From a virus (lineage: Duplodnaviria > Caudoviricetes): a DNA stretch of 33,699 bases. Shown piece after piece: positions 6,406 to 15,400 of this stretch. The stretch spans positions 1 to 33,699 of IMG/VR virus record IMGVR_UViG_3300048598_000076. One strand, written 5' to 3'. A model generated the notes under the pieces. The model was not told where the DNA came from. It ran no database searches and saw only the letters and a list, made by a program, of their open reading frames with translations. Position numbers and translations under genes: made by a program. How positions within the stretch are numbered: position 1 is the first letter of the stretch; each line of letters begins with the position of its first letter.

Positions 6406-6939
6406 TTACGCCTTTGTTTTGTCGGCTTCTGCCGCAATTATTTTCCACTTGGCGTCTAGGGTTGGTTTCAAAAAGGTTTTGAAATGTAGGGGGATTGAAG
6501 TGAACCATTCCTGGAGTGCCTTCATCCCGTTCTTTGCTGCTTCTTCTCCGTCTGGAATTGGTTCGATGTGAAACGGTTTTCTCTTTCCCCGTCTTTCGGT
6601 AAGCGAAAGCGATACCGGTTCTTTTATGTTGCTCATATGAGATATCTGGATACCTCCGCACGGTTCCCCGGCGTACGACACTAGCGGGTTGCGAAATAGG
6701 CAGAGCGTGCGTCCCGTAAATGTTGTTTCATCCTGCCCCCATGTAAGAATAAGGGCACGCCTCATGCTCAGGTTTGGCTTATATGGCCTTCCATTGTCGT
6801 CCTCGAAATAAATAGAAACAGGCTGCTGCTTGTCTCCGGTAAGTTTTGCCTCAGTAATTCTTATCACGCGGGGGCCTGCGATTAGGTCGTCTGCGTTAAG
6901 CTGGTCGCTTTTCGGAATAATTGTTGATGCAAGGCTCAT
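6406..6939 (-). CDS. conserved phage protein, candidate single-strand annealing/ssDNA-binding partner of the exonuclease
   Basis: TIIPKSDQLNADDL..GP..I.IT...PYKP...MRR.L...WG...G..L.L signature; coupled (ATGA) to the RecE-like gene. Function inferred from position. Confidence 0.55.
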   Translation of the reverse strand: MSLASTIIPKSDQLNADDLIAGPRVIRITEAKLTGDKQQPVSIYFEDDNGRPYKPNLSMRRALILTWGQDETTFTGRTLCLFRNPLVSYAGEPCGGIQISHMSNIKEPVSLSLTERRGKRKPFHIEPIPDGEEAAKNGMKALQEWFTSIPLHFKTFLKPTLDAKWKIIAAEADKTKA

Positions 6940-7823
6940 AGAATTTTTGCTCCTCCAAAATCTCCTGTTTCGTCTTCGATTTCGAAATCCACCCAGCCAG
7001 GGGCCTGAATTTCGACGGCGCCATTCACATATCCCGGCCAGTTATTCGATTCCATGCAGCGCTTCCACGTGTCGATTGCCTTGAATGCCTCCCGCTTCCC
7101 GCGCTCGCGGAAAGAAGCGTCAAGGAAGCATGGCGTCACGGCATAGGGCGGCTCCGTTTCGACAAAAAGAAACTGGAACCCAAGTCCTCCTTTTACCGCA
7201 GGGATTCCGGTGAGTTTCGCGGCCCCCATGAGATAAAACTCAGAGCGCAAATCGTAGTGCATTGCGGGCACGATTCTTGAAATCTGTTCCGGGTGGGCAG
7301 ACTTTCCCGTGGTCTTTATGTCCCAAATCTCATTGCGGGATGGAATCCATCGATCAAACATTGCCCTCATGTAGTGCTCGCCCTCTTTCCATACTGCCGC
7401 CTTCTCGCTTTCTCCCTCGGTAAGCACGTAATCCAGCCCCCACTCGTGAAGGCTTGCCCGCAGGTTTGTAACGATCTCACTGGCGCGGTCGAAGTCCGCT
7501 CGCTTCATTGGAGTCTTTCCGAGCGACTGCGCAAAATCGTAAAATTCTCGCGCTTCTTTTGACCTCCAAGAGTCTCCCTCGTAGATTTCGAACCCTCCAC
7601 CTTTTCCAAGAGCAAGTTCGTGCACAACGCTCCCGAGACTCATGGATGGAGTCTCGTCGCTCGCTGAATATTCCGGGTTAAGCCGAGGATGCTTGAGCCT
7701 CGCTTTCGCTGGGCACGAATAAACAAGGTCGCAGGCAAGCGAAGACGAGAGCGAGGGAAGAAAGCATGGGTCGGCGTGATATTCCTTCGCGGGTAAATCG
7801 TAAAATCCTGGAGCCGTAATCAC
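6936..7823 (-). CDS. RecE/exonuclease VIII-like PD-(D/E)xK nuclease (DUF3799 type)
   Basis: EYHAD...LSSS...GSVVHEL...ESEKA...RAMFDRW...DIKTT...YDL...Y...FLFVETEPPY...WPGY; GTG start overlapping the upstream TGA. Confidence 0.85.
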   Translation of the reverse strand: MITAPGFYDLPAKEYHADPCFLPSLSSSLACDLVYSCPAKARLKHPRLNPEYSASDETPSMSLGSVVHELALGKGGGFEIYEGDSWRSKEAREFYDFAQSLGKTPMKRADFDRASEIVTNLRASLHEWGLDYVLTEGESEKAAVWKEGEHYMRAMFDRWIPSRNEIWDIKTTGKSAHPEQISRIVPAMHYDLRSEFYLMGAAKLTGIPAVKGGLGFQFLFVETEPPYAVTPCFLDASFRERGKREAFKAIDTWKRCMESNNWPGYVNGAVEIQAPGWVDFEIEDETGDFGGAKIL

Positions 7824-8896
7824 AGGAGCACCGCCTTTCCTTCCACCCAAGCAGCGAACTTGTTCACCTGGTCGGCGAGCTGAATCTGCACACGCTTCCC
7901 TTTTTCGGTCGCGAGCGCAGGAATTTGCAAACCGCGTATTGTGGCAGCAAATACGGCCAGCTTCTCACGGTCTGGCGCAAGTGCGGCGCGTTCTTTTTCT
8001 GCTTCTATCTGTGTAAGTCTTGCGCTCTCGCGCTCTGCGACGGCTCTCAGTTCGCGTTCGCACTTCTCCCGCTCGTCTCGCTCCGATTTTGCTTTCGCCT
8101 CAAGCGCTGCGTGCTCAATGCGGGCGATTTCCTGCTGTCTCTTGCGCTCGATTTCTGCGGCCTCGACCTTGGCGCGTGCCTCTGCCTTCTGCTCTTCAAG
8201 TTCTTTCAACGCCTTCTCTCGTTCAGCCCTTGCCGCTGCCTCGCGTACTTCGGCTTCAGCTTTGAGTCTTTCGTTTTCGATCCGCATGCGCTCGCGCTCC
8301 TGTGCTTGGGCTTTCTCGCGAGCCTCACGCGCTTCGGCTTCCGCTTTTGCTTGAGCGAGCCTATCCGCTTCGGCTTTTTCTGCCGCCGCCTTCCGCGTGT
8401 TGAATGCGGCTCGCGCACCCTCAAGAGTGTTTGCAAAATCGACCTCGGACATTTCGGCGAGCATGTAGAATGCCGGATTCACCCCGAGCGGGATGAGCTG
8501 CGCCTCGCGGGTCGCCCGCAACGTTGCCTTGCGCTGCGCCTCTGCGCGTTCGGCGGCGGTTTCGATCTCGCTCAGCGTCAGCTCAAGCGGCTCTATTACG
8601 CCAGTTACGAGGCGCAGCATTCCGTCGAGCGCCTTCCCGCGTGATAGCGTTTCGGCCTTCAGCTCCTTGTGCTTTTTCTCAGCTTCGACGCGGATTTTCT
8701 TCAGCAGTAAGCGAGACTTGCGGGCAAGTTTTGGCTCGGTTACTTCGGAAACCCTTACGCGCCACTCTTCTGCCTGTGCAAAAAAAGGAGAAAATGAGGA
8801 CCGGATAAGAAGGCCAACATCCTCCGAAACTCCGCTTTGAAGAAGGACCGTATCAATAGGCCCGCCTTGGACTAGATCTTGTGTATTCGTAGGCAT
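7820..8896 (-). CDS. long E/K/R/A-rich coiled-coil phage protein
   Basis: Extended charged helical region; lies in the recombination operon; start at MPTNTQ. Confidence 0.75.
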   Translation of the reverse strand: MPTNTQDLVQGGPIDTVLLQSGVSEDVGLLIRSSFSPFFAQAEEWRVRVSEVTEPKLARKSRLLLKKIRVEAEKKHKELKAETLSRGKALDGMLRLVTGVIEPLELTLSEIETAAERAEAQRKATLRATREAQLIPLGVNPAFYMLAEMSEVDFANTLEGARAAFNTRKAAAEKAEADRLAQAKAEAEAREAREKAQAQERERMRIENERLKAEAEVREAAARAEREKALKELEEQKAEARAKVEAAEIERKRQQEIARIEHAALEAKAKSERDEREKCERELRAVAERESARLTQIEAEKERAALAPDREKLAVFAATIRGLQIPALATEKGKRVQIQLADQVNKFAAWVEGKAVLL

Positions 8897-8897
8897 G

Positions 8898-9806
8898 TTA
8901 CGGGTTGTTTTTGTTTTCCGTCCCCGCGTCATCGCGGCTTCCTTCGTCGCTGGGAACGCTCACGGTTCCGGCGTTCGCAAACGCGTGCGCCTTGTCCTTC
9001 TTCGCCTTGGACTCGGCGAGCGCCGCGTCGATGTATCCAATGGCCGCGCACGCGCCGGGAATCTTGTCGGAATTGATCCGCAAAAACTCGCGAAAAACCG
9101 AGATTTCGGCGCGGCCAAAAAGCGCGAGGAGGTTCTTCGCCTCAAGTTTCCGCTCCTCAAAACCGAGCGGCTCCCCCTCGGGCGAGAAAAAGATATTCGG
9201 CAACCGCGAAATATAACCCTGCGCGTCATCGGTCGCATCTTTCGGCAACTCCAGATCTTCGGAGGCTAGTCCGTCCCAGCTCTCGGGGGTGAGCACCTGT
9301 TCCGCTGCGGCTCCGGGAAACGGGATGATATTGGAGGGCTCTTGTTTCGCGGCAGTTTCGTCGGCTCCGCTCACAAGTTTTTCGACGCCCGGAAGCTCGT
9401 TGTTCGTTACGCACACAAGCACAGGAGTCTTTGTTTTGACCCAAACTTCGTGCTCCTTGAAGGTGCGAGCGGGAACATTCTCGCAGGCCTCGCCAATAGT
9501 CTGAGTAGGAAGCAGGCGACCCTTCTTTGTCGTGTTGAAATCGTACGCTGCTTGGCGGATTCTTTCCTCTGTCGTAACAGGACTTGCCTCATCAGGAATC
9601 TGGAGCACCCAGCCGGCAAAGTCGTGACCACGCAAAAACCCTTGCGGGTCGGAAACCAGAATAACGAACTGCTTTTTGACGGCGGGAGTTTTCTCTTTTT
9701 CTTCGAGCGCAAGCGCGGCAAGTTGGTTAAGCAGCGCCTCCAGTTCGGCGGTGGGTATTTTTACGGTCTTGCCAGCCGACAATATTTGTTCTGTGGATAC
9801 TTTCAT
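8898..9806 (-). CDS. hypothetical protein (302 aa, apparently two-domain)
   Basis: Long ORF with GAAGGAAGG upstream and an ATGA overlap; no function recognised. Confidence 0.75.
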   Translation of the reverse strand: MKVSTEQILSAGKTVKIPTAELEALLNQLAALALEEKEKTPAVKKQFVILVSDPQGFLRGHDFAGWVLQIPDEASPVTTEERIRQAAYDFNTTKKGRLLPTQTIGEACENVPARTFKEHEVWVKTKTPVLVCVTNNELPGVEKLVSGADETAAKQEPSNIIPFPGAAAEQVLTPESWDGLASEDLELPKDATDDAQGYISRLPNIFFSPEGEPLGFEERKLEAKNLLALFGRAEISVFREFLRINSDKIPGACAAIGYIDAALAESKAKKDKAHAFANAGTVSVPSDEGSRDDAGTENKNNP

Positions 9807-9982
9807 TTTGCGCCTTCCTTCTTTAGCTGCTTGCGGCCCTTATGGGGCATATAGCAAGATCGAGACTGCTTCGGGAACGCTTCAGGGTCGTGCGTAAGAA
9901 ACGGGTTACTGCGGCGGTGTTTGTTTGCCGCGATTCTCGCTTTTCTTGATGCCTTGACGGCATCTGTTTTTTCACTATTCAT
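9803..9982 (-). CDS. small basic hypothetical protein (59 aa)
   Basis: Manual translation MNSEKTDAVKASRKARIAANKHRR...KQLKKEGAK; AAAGGA upstream; ATGA overlap with the next gene. Confidence 0.65.
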   Translation of the reverse strand: MNSEKTDAVKASRKARIAANKHRRSNPFLTHDPEAFPKQSRSCYMPHKGRKQLKKEGAK

Positions 9983-10003
9983 ACTTTGTTTTCCTTTAGT
10001 TTT

Positions 10004-10030
10004 AGCCCCCGTTCACGCGGGGGCTTTTTT
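10004..10030 (+). terminator. intrinsic terminator-like hairpin facing the plus strand
   Basis: AGCCCCCG-TTCACG-CGGGGGCT followed by a T run on the plus strand. Confidence 0.6.
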
Positions 10031-10040
10031 GTTGATTGCG

Positions 10041-10240
10041 AAAAATAACCCGCCCGTTCCAAAGCTTCCGTAAGTCGGGCGGGGTGCCGAGTACACGCTC
10101 GGCGCGTTTTCCGTAGGGAAATTATGCGTATCACTTATTGCGATACACTAAAATTGTCTCTCGCCGCCGCTTTGCCCCAGCCCGACGGCGAGAGGTTTTG
10201 CCTCCCAAAGAACAGCCCGACTTCGCGGCGTCGGTTGCCG
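10041..10240 (-). ncRNA. candidate structured RNA / attenuator leader
   Basis: Five closely spaced hairpins in a non-coding gap; stems at 10126-10148 and 10158-10194 pair via G.U only on the minus strand. Confidence 0.4.
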
Positions 10241-10242
10241 AA

Positions 10243-10377
10243 TTATTCTCCGTCCTCGCCGTTTGCTTCGTCAAGATCCTTGCTCAAATCGCCCTTGAGA
10301 AGATCCGCTATAACCGCTCCTGCGACCATGCAGGCCGCAAGAAAACCGAGCGCAACAAGAAATATATGCGCCTTCAT
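10243..10377 (-). CDS. small membrane protein (44 aa)
   Basis: Manual translation MKAHIFLVALGFLAACMVAGAVIADLLKGDLSKDLDEANGEDGE; ATGA overlap with the upstream gene. Confidence 0.55.
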   Translation of the reverse strand: MKAHIFLVALGFLAACMVAGAVIADLLKGDLSKDLDEANGEDGE

Positions 10378-10550
10378 TTGTTGAATTCCTTTCGGAGTAG
10401 ATGGTTCTCAATGTCCCGCTTGGGCTTCGTCCTCTCCAATAGAAGTTGGCACGCCGCCCGGAAAAAAGCAGAACGCGAGAATGGCCCGCGTGCAGCATCA
10501 ACGGCCTTTAGCTGCTCAGGGGAATAGCGAACTGGTATAGGCTTCGTCAT
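10374..10550 (-). CDS. ribbon-helix-helix (CopG/Arc-like) regulator (58 aa)
   Basis: Manual translation MTKPIPVRYSPEQLKAVDAARGPFSRSAFFRAACQLLLE; strand-helix-SRS-helix pattern. Confidence 0.7.
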   Translation of the reverse strand: MTKPIPVRYSPEQLKAVDAARGPFSRSAFFRAACQLLLERTKPKRDIENHLLRKEFNK

Positions 10551-10610
10551 AGCTGTGCTGTGTGATATACTCGTATTACTAAGGCAACACTTATTTTTAA
10601 CTAAATTGTA

Positions 10611-10790
10611 TCACTTTCTGCTCACGCGGTTTAGGTGATGTATCACCCATGGAGAAAGCTTTTCTCCCTCCTCCAGGGCCGACCTTACCCACGTATCCCT
10701 GTCGCCTTTTTTTACCCGGATGTGAAGGTGAGCACTTGCGCGTTCCTCCTCTTTTTTTGCGGCGTATTTGTTATTTTTTACGGCTGGCAT
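10611..10790 (-). CDS. ribbon-helix-helix-like regulator (59 aa, start MPAVKNN)
   Basis: AHLHIRVKKGDRDTWVRSALEEGEKLSPWVIHHLNR; CAGGA upstream. Confidence 0.7.
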   Translation of the reverse strand: MPAVKNNKYAAKKEEERASAHLHIRVKKGDRDTWVRSALEEGEKLSPWVIHHLNRVSRK

Positions 10791-10807
10791 TTGTATCCTG
10801 TTATTGG

Positions 10808-10996
10808 CTACTTTTTGGCCGTGCGCTGCTCGTGGAAGAGCGCGTTTTCGAGATTGAGGCTCCACGTTACTGAGCCCTCTTTTCTTGAAAACGTCGTAAC
10901 GCCGTTGTGAGACTTCTTTGACCAGCCTCCGGTGAGGAGATAGAGACCCGCTAAAAAGCGGGATGATGATAGAAGCAATCTGCGAATAGTTTTCAT
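10808..10996 (-). CDS. hypothetical protein (62 aa)
   Basis: Fits the early operon with short gaps on both sides. Confidence 0.55.
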   Translation of the reverse strand: MKTIRRLLLSSSRFLAGLYLLTGGWSKKSHNGVTTFSRKEGSVTWSLNLENALFHEQRTAKK

Positions 10997-11015
10997 GCTT
11001 GTATTTTGTTAGTGG

Positions 11016-11261
11016 TTACACATCAAATTCAGATAGCGGAAGTTTCTTTATCGAAACTGTCGTCGTGTAAAGCGTCTCAACTTTTTTCTCCACGGAGTAA
11101 ACCGTTTTGCCATCAAGTCCAAGAACGGCCTTCGTTGGGGTTCCGTGAGCCGGGGCCAATAGACGAGCAACCGCCAGCCTCTCATCGCCAGCGCACCGGA
11201 GCACATCTTGCGTGCTCAGCTCTCGGTATTGCGGATCGAGTCGGAATTCGTATTTGGTCAT
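11016..11261 (-). CDS. hypothetical protein (81 aa)
   Basis: Operon position; GGAGGGGG upstream. Confidence 0.6.
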   Translation of the reverse strand: MTKYEFRLDPQYRELSTQDVLRCAGDERLAVARLLAPAHGTPTKAVLGLDGKTVYSVEKKVETLYTTTVSIKKLPLSEFDV

Positions 11262-11345
11262 TTTCTTAGGCCCCCTCCAAAGAGGGGGGGGCGGTTAAGG
11301 AGTTTTTTTTGGGGGTTATTTTATCCGCGCCCATGCGCGACCTGG

Positions 11346-11603
11346 CTAGTCGCGCGGGTCGTAGTGGTCGGGCGAAAGCCCGGCCTGGCGTCGGGCACCG
11401 GCCCGGCGCTCGCACTCAAGGAAGAGCGCATTGTACTTCTCCAAGATGATCTTCTTCGTGGCGACCCGACTCGCCAGCTCCTTTCGGGCTGCGTCCTCCC
11501 GTTCACAGGCAGCCGAAAGCGCCTCCTGTTGCCTCCGCAAGAGTTCGTTATCCGCCATCTCGGCGGCCTGCATCGCCCGAAACTTAGTGATTGAGCTGCT
11601 CAT
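11346..11603 (-). CDS. coiled-coil hypothetical protein (85 aa)
   Basis: Helical charged sequence; operon position. Confidence 0.6.
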   Translation of the reverse strand: MSSSITKFRAMQAAEMADNELLRRQQEALSAACEREDAARKELASRVATKKIILEKYNALFLECERRAGARRQAGLSPDHYDPRD

Positions 11604-11629
11604 CTGGATTAAGGGTTGGGGTTTGGGAG

Positions 11630-11854
11630 TTACCGAATGCGGTTTTCAATTTCCGCCGCATCCTGTTTTTCGGACTCATTTAAGGGCCGTGTGACCCCTT
11701 TTTCGCTTACCTTAATTTCAGTGGGAATGTAACTTCCGCGACCGTTTTTTCTCCAGTATTTAGCGTTCTTGACCTCGGCTCTGACCGCCGCCTCAAGGCT
11801 GCGATGGCTGCTCATATCGTTTCCCGAGAAGGTGTTGACTAGTACGTATTTCAT
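11630..11854 (-). CDS. hypothetical protein (74 aa), first gene of the early operon
   Basis: AAAGGAG SD a few bases before the ATG; downstream of a candidate promoter. Confidence 0.7.
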   Translation of the reverse strand: MKYVLVNTFSGNDMSSHRSLEAAVRAEVKNAKYWRKNGRGSYIPTEIKVSEKGVTRPLNESEKQDAAEIENRIR

Positions 11855-11901
11855 GTCGCTCCTTTGTTTTTTTGGGGGGTTGTTTTTGTTTCAATGGTGC
11901 T

Positions 11902-11937
11902 ACAGTACGCCCATCTCATGATTTGTACACACAAATC
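11902..11937 (-). promoter_or_regulatory. candidate early promoter with overlapping palindromic operator
   Basis: Minus strand GTGTAC-N17-TACTGT; perfect inverted repeat GATTTGT-ACAC-ACAAATC (11920-11937) covers the -35 element. Confidence 0.5.
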
Positions 11938-12095
11938 TTGTTACTGTTTTATAACTCTCTGATAATCAATTTGATAAGTATCAATAAAAACGATGTAGCA
12001 GATCAAGCAACGCGCATTCTGCCCAAACCTACGTTATAGTATCAGAAATATGGATACATAATTACAGGCACAAAAATCCTAAAAACATCACGCTA

Positions 12096-12440
12096 TCACA
12101 CGTCCACGGCATCCGCCAGGCAGAGTTCATTCTGCCGCAATCCACCCCCTGTCCGTATCGGCTCCTTCCGCAGGGCTAAATATAACTGGCCGACAACAGT
12201 TGTGGAAGTTACGCCGAGAACCTTGTTGGCTAAGTACGTGTCGAATTTTTGGCCATTAATCCGTAGGGTTGCCAATAAACTAAGATATTCATTTGGCGCC
12301 GAGTCTGATTTTGCCTTAGAAATGAACAAGAAAAACTCAGCATATGCCTCTTTTGTAAACGTATCCACCCTGTAATTACCTATCCTAATGTAGTTACCAG
12401 AAAATCCGTTTGGTAAAGTAATTTCTTTTTGGAGTGCCAT
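12096..12440 (-). CDS. tail-associated hypothetical protein
   Basis: MALQKEITLPNG...YIRI...Y..L...ADAVDV; directly after the tail tip gene. Confidence 0.65.
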   Translation of the reverse strand: MALQKEITLPNGFSGNYIRIGNYRVDTFTKEAYAEFFLFISKAKSDSAPNEYLSLLATLRINGQKFDTYLANKVLGVTSTTVVGQLYLALRKEPIRTGGGLRQNELCLADAVDV

Positions 12441-12444
12441 GGTG

Positions 12445-15400
12445 TTATGCGTATTGGATTAGCTCAATCGAAAAGCGCCGAAGCCCTGCGCCATAGGATG
12501 TACCATCAGGTCGGTTTACTGCAATGTATGCTGTTGTGCTAGAATTGCCACCGTTTATGTAATCGTATGCACAATCAAGCTCGTTGACAGGATAGTCACA
12601 AGTTATTTGGCCCACCTCGGGTGCTGTCGTAAATCCACGGTTGGTCAGATCCACCGTGAACGTCTCGGATGTGCCACCTGCTAGACTCACTACTTTACTT
12701 TCGTGGTACACCGCGACAACCTTCCGCACGCTCGACGCTGAAGCGCTGCCAAGCTTTAGCCCCTCAAGCTCCATTGCATCTACATCCTGGGCTGCCGCGC
12801 TTCCGGCCATTTTTATAAATGAGCCTGAAAGGTTAACTGATGCTTGCAAAGAAGATACTCCGCTTGTATTCACAAATTTGATTTGGGCGTACCCATCAGC
12901 TCCAAGCAGCGTCTTGTAAATCACGGCCCAATTCTGATTCTTTCCAACACGCTGCACGCCTGGTCCTGCGTTGTCGGTGATAACCATTCCCATAAGCGGA
13001 GCCGAGTTGTTTGATGTCCACTCAATAAGCACATAGTCAATATCTTTTTCGGCAGGGTAGTTCCATTTGATTTCTACACCCATCAGCGAATACTTTCCGG
13101 TGCCGCTTGTAAGGCGTGCATCAACGTGAGGATAAGCAGCATCAACCGCTCCACCTGTAGGTGTGGTTGGCACTGTTGAGTTTCCGGGCGCTATCAGATC
13201 TAGCGCCGTACTGTACGCGCTCGGCGTTCCGTTGAAACTGAAGCCACGCAGCGCGAACTCGTAATCAGCGCCTGGTATCAGTCCATCAACGCGAGCGGTT
13301 CCCGCCGTTGCGTTAGCATACTTCCCGTACGAAACCCAACCTTCATCCCCAGTTCCATTCACGCGGCAGAACACCTCCTGGTACTTCATGCCTGCGGTCA
13401 TTGCCGCAAAAGCAATCACGATATAAGCATTCACGGTTCCATCAGTCGCGGTTTGTGTGCCCGAGCTGTCGTAAGTCGGAGCTGCCGGAGTGGCCGGGGC
13501 TGAAGCGTCGGTATCTCCGTCGGTAATTCTGGAAACAGTGGCATATGCTACTGCCGAAAATGCACTCAGGTTTCCGCTTCTATCTATAGCTTTAATCCAG
13601 TAGTATAAGGTTGATCCTAGCAAAACATCTGCATCTACAAATGCACTTACTCTAGCTTCCGCGATTTTTAGCGCCGTTCCGCTGTTATTTGATGTGTTCC
13701 GGTATATCGCGTATACAAGAAGATCAGACTCGGGGTTATCAAACCAGTCCAATGCTATTGCTTTTCCTGTTCCAGCTTTTGCCGTAAGTCCTGTTGGTGT
13801 GGCCGGAGCAACGGTATCTCCAAAAACCTCTACATTTTCTATTGTTACAAATGGAGACGAAACACCTATAGTATTCACTGATTTAATACGGACATCGTAA
13901 CAAGATCCAACTTTTACTGCGGTAATATATGCGAACGTAGCAGCACCGAGCGGCCCCTTTGCTTCGATCCAGTCGCTTGCTGCGTGCTCCTTGTACTCGA
14001 TCACGTAGCGCCCTCCGCTCTGCACGAATTGGTCGCTTGGTGGGGTCCACGCAAGGAGCAGGCGAGGAATCACTGTGCCGTCAGCTTGCAGGCCGTCGCT
14101 CGCGCTTGCGAGCGTGACGGATGAAGGCGCGGTGACTACGTGCGGATTCGGCAGGAAGGTGGCTGGTGCTGGGGGTAGCGCCTTTTCCTCGGCTGCCGTC
14201 CACGCAAAGACATTTACATCAGTCTCTTTCAATGTCATTTCGACCGTTACGCCAACGCCTTCGTCCCCAGATAACTTCCAATTAATTACCTCGAATGTTT
14301 TGTTCACCCACCCAAAGTGGGCAAACGAAAACTGGATTGTGTCCCCAGCCTTCACCTGTAACCCCTTTAGGTTTGTGATTATCTTGCAAGTAATCTCCCG
14401 GCGTATGCGCTCAAGCTCGATCTTTGTGATTCGTTGTGCCATTGAGGCAGAAGTGGTGCATGGAAGATCAAGGTCAATCCACGCTTCGCGGCCATCGTCT
14501 GCGGCCAAGTAGGTTTCAGACTGATACGCAGGATAGTCACTTGCCTGCCATTTATTGCTCTCACTTAAAAAGGTTCCGCGTGCTCCGTTAGCACGGTTAG
14601 CTACGCTTACACGGGTTCCTAAAAGCGTGACGGGGCCTGCAAGGTCGCCTTCTGAAAATGAAACAGTCGGAGTTTGGTACCCGGTTAACAAGAACCATTT
14701 TCCACCAGAGCACACAAGTCGAGCGGCCATGCTCTGTACCATGTCGGTGAGTACGTCTTCCGGGGCCTGATCCGCGGTCGCTAGATAATTGCACTCATAG
14801 GTTGGTTCCGTTCCTCCACCAGCAAGCGCGCGGGCGGCATCGCACGCATTAGCGGAAGCGGTAAAGCTTACCGCGTCGATGTCAGATGTAGCGACGCCTA
14901 GGCCGCGATCTGCGTTTGTTAGATAATCATAAATGCAAAGTGCAGGATTTTTTGAATATGCGGTGCTTCCATCTCGAATATCATACAATGCGAGGCCTGT
15001 TCCGATAATGGTGATGTTCGGAATTCCGCCACCCGGGAAGGTTTCTGTGTCGTACTTGAGCCAGCAGTACAGGTAGGATACGCCGGAAAGCTTATGGTCA
15101 ACAGTCCAGTACGATGGCATCGCTGCAATCAAGCCAGAATCTGCCGCCTGTGAATCATCTCCGTTATGCCAAATAAACTGCGCCTTTTCGACATATTCTC
15201 CGCTTGTAGGTTGACCAAGGCCATTGATTGGAACGACGTCTTCGCCAACCATCACCGATTCAAGAGATGACATTTTATGCGCGGTGAATGCGATCACTAA
15301 ATTCAGGTATTCGTTCTTCACCCCAGAGCATCCGCAAAAAACAAGCACGCCAGGGATGCGCCGCCTCCCGTAAAGGTATTGCGCCGGAGCGATCGCGTTG

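Noticed and set aside
4926-6661. Long N-terminal extensions in the ORF track (4926..5495, 5386..6231, 6161..6661)
   Set aside because: They overlap better-supported neighbouring genes; internal ATGs with stop/start coupling give a cleanly tiled operon.
7925-9854. Long plus-strand ORFs (e.g. 7925..8644, 9342..9854)
   Set aside because: Antisense shadows of charged, repetitive minus-strand genes; no recognisable motifs or initiation signals.
10041-10240. tRNA or known riboswitch
   Set aside because: No cloverleaf, T-loop GTTC(G/A)A or recognisable aptamer consensus by eye; kept only as an unassigned structured region.
10138-10527. Plus-strand 129-aa ORF as a divergent repressor
   Set aside because: No HTH or peptidase motif; overlaps two better-supported coupled minus-strand genes and the hairpin cluster.
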